Shown: one piece after another, positions 48,409 through 54,066 of the stretch
Numbering within the stretch: the stretch's first letter is position 1
Layout of the letters: the number at the start of each line of letters is the position of its first letter
From: a virus
Taxonomy: Duplodnaviria; Caudoviricetes
Reading direction: 5' to 3' (one strand)
Length of the DNA: 54,066 nucleotides
Virus record (IMG/VR): IMGVR_UViG_3300042519_001321
Location: 1-54,066 of that record
Notes under the pieces: model-generated
What the model was told of the DNA's origin: nothing
Seen by the model: the letters and a program-made list of their open reading frames with translations, nothing else
The model's database searches: none
Translations under genes and position numbers: made by a program

Positions 48409-48882
48409 ATGTTTGTAAAGATTCCCGAAAATGGTTACTGGTTCAAAAAGGACAGTATTCGCAAGATTGAAGAAAAGTATGGCGCTAGGTACATGGGTTA
48501 TTGGGCTACCAAGAACAGTCGCGGTGGTTGGAATGACAGCCCTGTAGATGTGTTCTATCAACCTAATCCAGATACCAGTAAAGGCCATACCCATTACTTT
48601 GGTATGTTTATTAAAACAGATCCGTATAGCGGTGAAGGCTCTGGCAGTGTTTATATCACAGAAGCTAGTAGTGCTTTCAGTGACCCAATTGCAGGTATGC
48701 CCACCAACGACGGTGAGGTTATTGTAAGTCGTTATAGGCATGATTATGTTGAAAAAGACGGACGCATGATTGATGGTGGACGCGATTATACTCGTAGTAG
48801 TGTGCATCCAACTGTAATTGTTACAGTAGATGGCGACGAGTTTGTTGTATCAGAAAGGGAAGACATTGAAGAAGGTATCTAA
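48409..48882 (+). CDS. Hypothetical phage protein (early-type)
   Basis: SD AGGA; C-terminal SRYRHDY...IDGGRDYTR motif of a widespread small phage protein family, here without the Cys residues often present. Confidence 0.85.
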   Translation: MFVKIPENGYWFKKDSIRKIEEKYGARYMGYWATKNSRGGWNDSPVDVFYQPNPDTSKGHTHYFGMFIKTDPYSGEGSGSVYITEASSAFSDPIAGMPTNDGEVIVSRYRHDYVEKDGRMIDGGRDYTRSSVHPTVIVTVDGDEFVVSEREDIEEGI

Positions 48883-49051
48883 AGAACAAGCACTAAAGAC
48901 AGCGGCGTTTGTTGCTGTGTTTGGTATCACTGGAATTGTTGCATATGCTGCAACTCGTGCCTATAAGTCAATTATGGACATTGGTGATTTTGACGGTGAC
49001 TTAAGTAACGACTCAGGACTATCTCAAATGATGGGTGAGCGTGACGAATAA
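48866..49051 (+). CDS. Small single-pass membrane protein
   Basis: Likely TTG start at 48866 after GAAAGGGA; hydrophobic AAFVAVFGITGIVAYAA followed by an acidic tail. Confidence 0.65.
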   Translation: MKKVSKEQALKTAAFVAVFGITGIVAYAATRAYKSIMDIGDFDGDLSNDSGLSQMMGERDE

Positions 49052-49077
49052 AGTATTTGTCGTCGATAAAGTTTCGG

Positions 49078-49106
49078 TTGACATTTTAAGCGTAGAATAG
49101 TATAGT
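49078..49106 (+). promoter_or_regulatory. Sigma70-type promoter
   Basis: TTGACA (49078-83), 17 nt spacer, TATAGT (49101-06). Confidence 0.85.
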
Positions 49107-49132
49107 AAGGTGTAGTTAGTAATAACTACATT

Positions 49133-49420
49133 ATGTTCAACTTAACAAAAAGAGTGATCTCAACAATGAGAAAAATTGCACAGAAGTTTGATGAAATTTG
49201 TGCCAAGGCAGAAGCGTATAATAAGGAAAATAAGACCGATCGCTTCTACAAGATGTATGAACAGCGCAAGCGGTTTATTACAATGGGTCTGTATGATAGC
49301 GTAACAAAGAAGTACGCAATATTTGATACCATTAATCTTACCGGTAACTTCCGATACGACAATCATACTGTCCCGCAAGAGCTGTATGATATGGAGCGGC
49401 TAGTTAAGTCAGCTAAGTAA
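49133..49420 (+). CDS. Hypothetical phage protein (early-type)
   Basis: ORF between its own promoter and a terminator; true start may be the downstream MRKIAQ ATG. Confidence 0.75.
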   Translation: MFNLTKRVISTMRKIAQKFDEICAKAEAYNKENKTDRFYKMYEQRKRFITMGLYDSVTKKYAIFDTINLTGNFRYDNHTVPQELYDMERLVKSAK

Positions 49421-49437
49421 GTTCAACGGTTTGAACT

Positions 49438-49469
49438 AAAATGGCAGCAGCAATGCTGCCATTTTTTTT
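49438..49469. terminator. Bidirectional rho-independent terminator between convergent genes
   Basis: AAAATGGCAGCA-GCAA-TGCTGCCATTTTTTTT; preceded by a second hairpin AGTTCAA-CGGT-TTGAACT (49420-49437). Confidence 0.9.
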
Positions 49470-52242
49470 ATCTGCGTGGGCCTGCAAAGTATTCAGTTGG
49501 TCCTACATAATTAGCAGCGTTAAATTCTTCACGTCTCGATTTAATAAGGTCACCCATCTGTCTAGGCGACAACTCGCCGTCAGCAGTTCCATTTGGTGGT
49601 GCAATATTTAAATTATCTGGACTTTGGAATACTTGGCCCTGGAAGTATCGTTTATCATTAAAATCCTGACGGTAGACGAGCTGGTTAGTAGGAGTAGGAA
49701 CGTTACTACCAATAGTAGGTCCGAGACTCCATTGGGCCATTAGTCTAGGCACTTCGTTGTATTTGCCTTCGTTAAGTGCTCGTAGTACGTTACTGTTTCT
49801 AAAATTTTCTTCGCCGATGTCTTTAGCAAAAGCTGATAATGCTTGAGCTTGATTATTATTAAGTGGTACACTAATAGAATTTTTAATGTTGTTGTATGTT
49901 CTTGCCATTTCACTTTGAATGGCGAGTGAACTAGCCACTGGGCCGACGCCATTTCTAAAATCTACTAGTGTGTTACCCAGCGAATCTCGATAAATTAAAC
50001 TACCTGCATCGTTTACAACTTCAATACCCAATTCTTTTAACCTATTAACAGCGTCTAACCCGTCTCTGGCTTGTGCCATAACACCATTAATTTGATTTTG
50101 CATATCTCGAATAGCAGGAATGTTTAAATCGATCGGAAGACCAAATCTGTCTAAACTAAATTGTCTCAATTGTGCTTCTAGTTCTTTTAACTGTTTCATC
50201 GATGCTAGTACTTGTTGCTGTAACGCATTAATGGTAGGAAATCTAACAAGTGGTAGTTGTGCTCTAATAGCCGCAGCAAATGCGCTTTGGTTCATCACTT
50301 CATCTATCTTTTTTTCTAATGCGCTACTAAAATCATTAACAGCATTTCGAACATCTGCATATGTCGGAATAGAATTTTGCAAATTTGCAAGTTCTGCACT
50401 AGCTCTTGAAGCAGCGTCATTTAGTACCCTACTAGCAGACCCTGTTGCGCCCTGTGCTCTAGTTGTTGCGGATTCCACCCCGGCCCTTGCTCTTGCCGAA
50501 GGTGAGTCAGATGATTGTGATACTGGGTTTCCGTTGGCGTCATTATATCCGACGCCTGCATATGAGGCGCCCGGAGTTTGTGCGTCACTTGGTAAACCAG
50601 TTGCATCGGCCGAGGCAGGTGGGAAGTCTGCTGTGACAGATTCGTCTGCACCCTGTGCAGTAGGATCTTCTTTTAGAATAACAGCACCCTGATAGTGCCC
50701 GGAGTATGGTTCAGCAGTAACTAGGCATGTTACGATACTTTTGATAGTATCAGCTTTACCTGAACGATTACCATTATTTTTAATAGCATTTTCACCTCTT
50801 AAGGCAGCATCCATATCAAATTCTGGTGCCGCGGCTGGCTGGTCTTTATGTTCATTTAATCCAATTGGGCCCGGGCCAATTGCTGGCCACGCAACAGATG
50901 TAAATCCAGGACCACTATTTAACTTAACTGCTGATGTACCAACTATACCAACCTCCCCCGGAGAAGTTAACCCTATGCCAGCAGAACCAAATACAGATAT
51001 ACCAGATGCTTTAGCTTCCATCGCAATCGGACCGATTTCTGCGCCTAGACTTATACCCCAAAATCCGCTAGACTGAAACGCCATATCGCCGCCTGCGTTT
51101 ACGTTAACATCGCCACCAGCAGCAGTAACACCATAGTTAAGAGCAGCAAATTGTTGAATATCAGCAGCAGCATCTAATCTAATGGCGCCGCCAGTACCTT
51201 TAGGAGGACCTCCTTTAATATTTGCAGGATTAGTACCCAAGTATTCCTCACCAACGTTGTCGCCCGCTGCTTTAATGTTTACATCATTACCTGCTTCGAT
51301 GTTAATATTCTTATCTGCACGTAGATTTAGATTCCCTTTGCTGCGGATGTTCATCGAACCTTGTCCGTAAAAATTTATATTCCCCAATCGGTCCATCTCA
51401 AACCAGGCTGTGCCTGATTTATTAATCATGTAAATTGAACCGGTGGTATCGTCTAGCATTAACTGTGTGCCACCACCGGTGCGTAAACGAATCATACTAC
51501 TACCAGGATTGTCATCCATAATAAATTGATGGCCGCCCATTCGGTGTGCATTAAGTGGCGTAGTTGTAGAACTACTTCCAGGTTTTAGCGGCCCAGGTGT
51601 TAGTATACCAAATACTTGACTAGGGCTTTCACGTCTCGCACCTGCACTACCTGCGCCACGTAACGGGTCGTTAATCAAACCTTGTGTTACGATACCTTCA
51701 GCAAGATATGGTGCAATCGGACGGCGAACTTCATTACTGTTATGATCTATTCGTGCTTCTTTTTTATTTTTTTCAGCAACCGGGACCTGTAGTTTGCCTT
51801 CACCGTAGGTAAGTGCGCCGGGCATGCCTGGAACCATGTGATTAAATCTATCAGGAAAAACACACCCTATGATATAAGGATGTTTCTTTTTGCCATCGCC
51901 AAATGCCACTAAAACTATATTACCAACATCTGGGGGTACCATCCACATGCCATAACTTTTCTGTGTTTGTTCGTAGCGTTCTACATCAGGATTTACTGGA
52001 ATCGCTGCTACTGGTGTAGAACCTGCAAACGGACTAACCCATGTACATTCCCTATAACCATGTGGATCAGTTTTGTCCTTAGCTAACGCTGGAATAAAAA
52101 CTTGTATTGTGCCGGTACGGCTAGTATCATCCGTCCTAGTAACTTCGCCTTGATATATACCGTAAAGAGGGTTAGTCTCTAGCTGTTCTGCTAGCTGGTC
52201 ATTCTTTTTTGTAGCGATAATTGGATTTGATCTAGTTGACAT
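49468..52242 (-). CDS. Baseplate central spike (gp5/VgrG-like) with C-terminal degenerate phage-lysozyme domain
   Basis: OB-fold DDTSRTGTIQVFIP...WVSPFAG...SYGMWMVPPDVGNIVLVAF; GGHQFIMDD...IRLRTGGG beta-helix; EPYSGH; C-terminal VPLNNNQAQALSAF..DIG..NFRNS.VLRALNEG.Y. Confidence 0.88.
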   Translation of the reverse strand: MSTRSNPIIATKKNDQLAEQLETNPLYGIYQGEVTRTDDTSRTGTIQVFIPALAKDKTDPHGYRECTWVSPFAGSTPVAAIPVNPDVERYEQTQKSYGMWMVPPDVGNIVLVAFGDGKKKHPYIIGCVFPDRFNHMVPGMPGALTYGEGKLQVPVAEKNKKEARIDHNSNEVRRPIAPYLAEGIVTQGLINDPLRGAGSAGARRESPSQVFGILTPGPLKPGSSSTTTPLNAHRMGGHQFIMDDNPGSSMIRLRTGGGTQLMLDDTTGSIYMINKSGTAWFEMDRLGNINFYGQGSMNIRSKGNLNLRADKNINIEAGNDVNIKAAGDNVGEEYLGTNPANIKGGPPKGTGGAIRLDAAADIQQFAALNYGVTAAGGDVNVNAGGDMAFQSSGFWGISLGAEIGPIAMEAKASGISVFGSAGIGLTSPGEVGIVGTSAVKLNSGPGFTSVAWPAIGPGPIGLNEHKDQPAAAPEFDMDAALRGENAIKNNGNRSGKADTIKSIVTCLVTAEPYSGHYQGAVILKEDPTAQGADESVTADFPPASADATGLPSDAQTPGASYAGVGYNDANGNPVSQSSDSPSARARAGVESATTRAQGATGSASRVLNDAASRASAELANLQNSIPTYADVRNAVNDFSSALEKKIDEVMNQSAFAAAIRAQLPLVRFPTINALQQQVLASMKQLKELEAQLRQFSLDRFGLPIDLNIPAIRDMQNQINGVMAQARDGLDAVNRLKELGIEVVNDAGSLIYRDSLGNTLVDFRNGVGPVASSLAIQSEMARTYNNIKNSISVPLNNNQAQALSAFAKDIGEENFRNSNVLRALNEGKYNEVPRLMAQWSLGPTIGSNVPTPTNQLVYRQDFNDKRYFQGQVFQSPDNLNIAPPNGTADGELSPRQMGDLIKSRREEFNAANYVGPTEYFAGPRR

Positions 52243-52245
52243 TTA

Positions 52246-54066
52246 TTAACCGCCTGTATCTGTAAAAAATATTGTTCCGCCGCGCTCGCCGCGGTTCCCT
52301 ACTACTCGATGCCCCGGAGTTCGTAGGGCTCTGTTTCTAAACTCGATATTTGTTCCCGGGCCATATGCACGAACATCATATGCTGTAAAGTTTAACCATG
52401 TGTTATTTGCACCAGACAACTGTGATAAGATATTGTTTGTTACCCTGGCTATCTGTTGCTGACTTGGATTTGTAAAACCTTCACTTGGTTGACGCCCGTT
52501 TGCGCTTGTTCCAGTTACAGCTTGGAATGCATTTCTTGCATATAGTTGGTCTTCGATACCAGTGCCGCGGCCGCCAGAGTTAAGTCTTGCTCTGTTTAAT
52601 ATAACTGCTGCGATATTTGCGTCTTCGGCGCCTCCGCCTCCGCCGCCACTTTCGCCAACTGTTGCCCTAACTAATAATTCCCACTCTCTAGGTGTTATGG
52701 ATCTACCTAAGAATGCTTCAGCTTGAGCCTTAGCTTGTTGACTCTTTTCTCCGCCTAACTGAAGTGCAGGTAAATCTTCAAGTGGTATAGGTCCTGTTGT
52801 AGGATCATTTGTGCCGTCGCCACTAGCAGTTTCGCGAGCCGATGCCGCTTGGTTAAGAAAGTCATTTTCTTCTTCGGCAGTGAAATAATCGTCCCATGCA
52901 GGAGGTGTCGTGCCCGGTGGAACTCGTTTAATCCATTGCAGTGGAACACTATGTTCTTTTACTGCCTGAATTTCAGTTGTATATACCCCGTTGCTGAATT
53001 TATTTTTCCACTTAAGTGGCATATATAGCCCACTAAAATATCCGCTGGTTCTACCATCGCTCCAATATCCTGAGTTTTCATCTTCATCACTTATATTGTA
53101 ATCGTATTGAGTTGGTGTGCCGATAGTTAATAAAAAATAATAGGTTGTCTTATTAGGGTATACTGTTTTATCAGGACTACTTTTACCATATTCAAATTTT
53201 CCATCAGCCAACGAAGTTAACCAGTAAGGATCACCTCGAAGACTTAAATCTATGTTAAGTAAAAAATGGTCGCCTTCAGATCTCGTTCTATAAACATAAC
53301 CCATTAACACACTGGACGGACCAGTACTAGTCATCCCGCTGAGCGGACTGTTAACACTTCTGGTTTGTGGCGTTGCGCCGCCTGCTCCTGTGGGGACATT
53401 TGTGTCTAATACATTTAGCCCAGCGGCTTCGATTTCTTCTGTAGTAAATCTACCTGGCTGTACAATATCCTCGGAGTACAAAAACCCACTTACTTCAGGT
53501 GCATAGCTGCCCGAATTAGTAACATTTACTAGCGGTGCTGTTGTCGGAGTAGCAGCAGGATCACCTCCCTCACTAGTTTCTAGTGCTCTTACTAATCGCT
53601 GAGCTTCTGTTGCTGCTAACGAATCTACTAAAGTTCTCACCGATGTTCCGGTTGCATCATTTAAAATGCCTGCAATTTCGGCTGGGGATCTGTCAATGGT
53701 TCGCGCAATGCCGTCAACTCTATCTCCAATTTCTGAACCAAGTCCTCTTATCTTGTTGAAAATATCTACTAATGATTTTTTATTTCGTGCAGTTTGTGCC
53801 GCCTGTAGTTCTGGAATCAATGATAAATCTCTATTTCGGGCTTCACTGTTGGATCTTGCAGGCGCTGATGTTACCGAAAACTCACCAGCTGTGCCACCGC
53901 TAGGTGGTAGTAATATAGTTACTGCATTATCAAGTGAGATATCTAAATTAATAATTTGATCGTTGAGTCCAGTAAAAATATAAAAATATGATTTATGCAG
54001 CGCACCTGCATTATATAAATCTTGCAACCTCTTAGTAGCAATAGCAGTGATCGGTCGTTCTTTACC
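52246..54066 (-). CDS. Partial baseplate hub protein (start beyond right edge) with C-terminal SleB/Hydrolase_2-like cell wall hydrolase domain
   Basis: Frame is open to the window edge (GKERPITAIATKRLQDL...); YIFTGLN..I and LSLRGDPYWL hub-type motifs; C-terminal LLVRATVGES...IAAVILNRAR...NAFQAV. Confidence 0.75.
   Translation of the reverse strand, partial: GKERPITAIATKRLQDLYNAGALHKSYFYIFTGLNDQIINLDISLDNAVTILLPPSGGTAGEFSVTSAPARSNSEARNRDLSLIPELQAAQTARNKKSLVDIFNKIRGLGSEIGDRVDGIARTIDRSPAEIAGILNDATGTSVRTLVDSLAATEAQRLVRALETSEGGDPAATPTTAPLVNVTNSGSYAPEVSGFLYSEDIVQPGRFTTEEIEAAGLNVLDTNVPTGAGGATPQTRSVNSPLSGMTSTGPSSVLMGYVYRTRSEGDHFLLNIDLSLRGDPYWLTSLADGKFEYGKSSPDKTVYPNKTTYYFLLTIGTPTQYDYNISDEDENSGYWSDGRTSGYFSGLYMPLKWKNKFSNGVYTTEIQAVKEHSVPLQWIKRVPPGTTPPAWDDYFTAEEENDFLNQAASARETASGDGTNDPTTGPIPLEDLPALQLGGEKSQQAKAQAEAFLGRSITPREWELLVRATVGESGGGGGGAEDANIAAVILNRARLNSGGRGTGIEDQLYARNAFQAVTGTSANGRQPSEGFTNPSQQQIARVTNNILSQLSGANNTWLNFTAYDVRAYGPGTNIEFRNRALRTPGHRVVGNRGERGGTIFFTDTGG

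Noticed and set aside
48382-49378. Minus-strand ORFs 48382..48807 and 49160..49378
   Set aside because: Shadows of the plus-strand genes, which have promoters, a terminator and (for 48409) an SD and a family motif.
50120-51370. Plus-strand ORFs of 190, 111 and 62 aa
   Set aside because: Antisense to the spike gene with no motifs or expression signals.
1-54066. Alternative genetic code (stop-codon reassignment), known in some large phages
   Set aside because: Code 11 gives dense tiling including a 7151-aa ORF, and TAA, TGA and TAG all end genes at sensible junctions.
1-54066. tRNA, CRISPR array, intron, intein or transposase
   Set aside because: Intergenic gaps are tiny, and I saw no cloverleaf, repeat-spacer pattern, intein termini or homing endonuclease motifs by eye; a formal scan was not possible.

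Overview
This 54 kb window is the late region of a large, T4-like/jumbo contractile-tailed bacteriophage (standard genetic code; almost all genes on the minus strand). In the direction of transcription (right to left) it encodes a truncated baseplate hub protein with a C-terminal SleB-like hydrolase domain and a gp5/VgrG-like spike with a degenerate lysozyme domain. A small opposite-strand island of three genes under perfect sigma70 promoters follows. Next come gp25- and gp6-like baseplate wedge proteins, a giant 7151-aa baseplate/tail protein (YHYH, PA14, glycine-zipper and beta-repeat modules), tail-fibre-associated genes, and a terminator-bounded lipoprotein cassette missed by the ORF track. 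The left 18.5 kb is a translationally coupled enzyme cluster: five paralogous N-terminal-twitch radical SAM proteins, three DxD (GT-A-like) and two GT10-like putative glycosyltransferases, a nucleotide-sugar dehydrogenase, two SGNH proteins, a class II aldolase, a 2OG-Fe(II) oxygenase, degenerate NeuB and SDR homologues, and a stand-alone Smr domain. The leading hypothesis is a phage-encoded virion-decorating (glycosylation plus radical-SAM tailoring) system acting on the [A/G/S]-N-[V/I/A/T] motifs that saturate the neighbouring structural proteins. T4-late-like xxTAAATA boxes, several positioned for leaderless mRNAs, punctuate the region. No tRNA, rRNA, CRISPR array or transposase was seen. 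All family calls come from motif recognition by eye, not from database searches.
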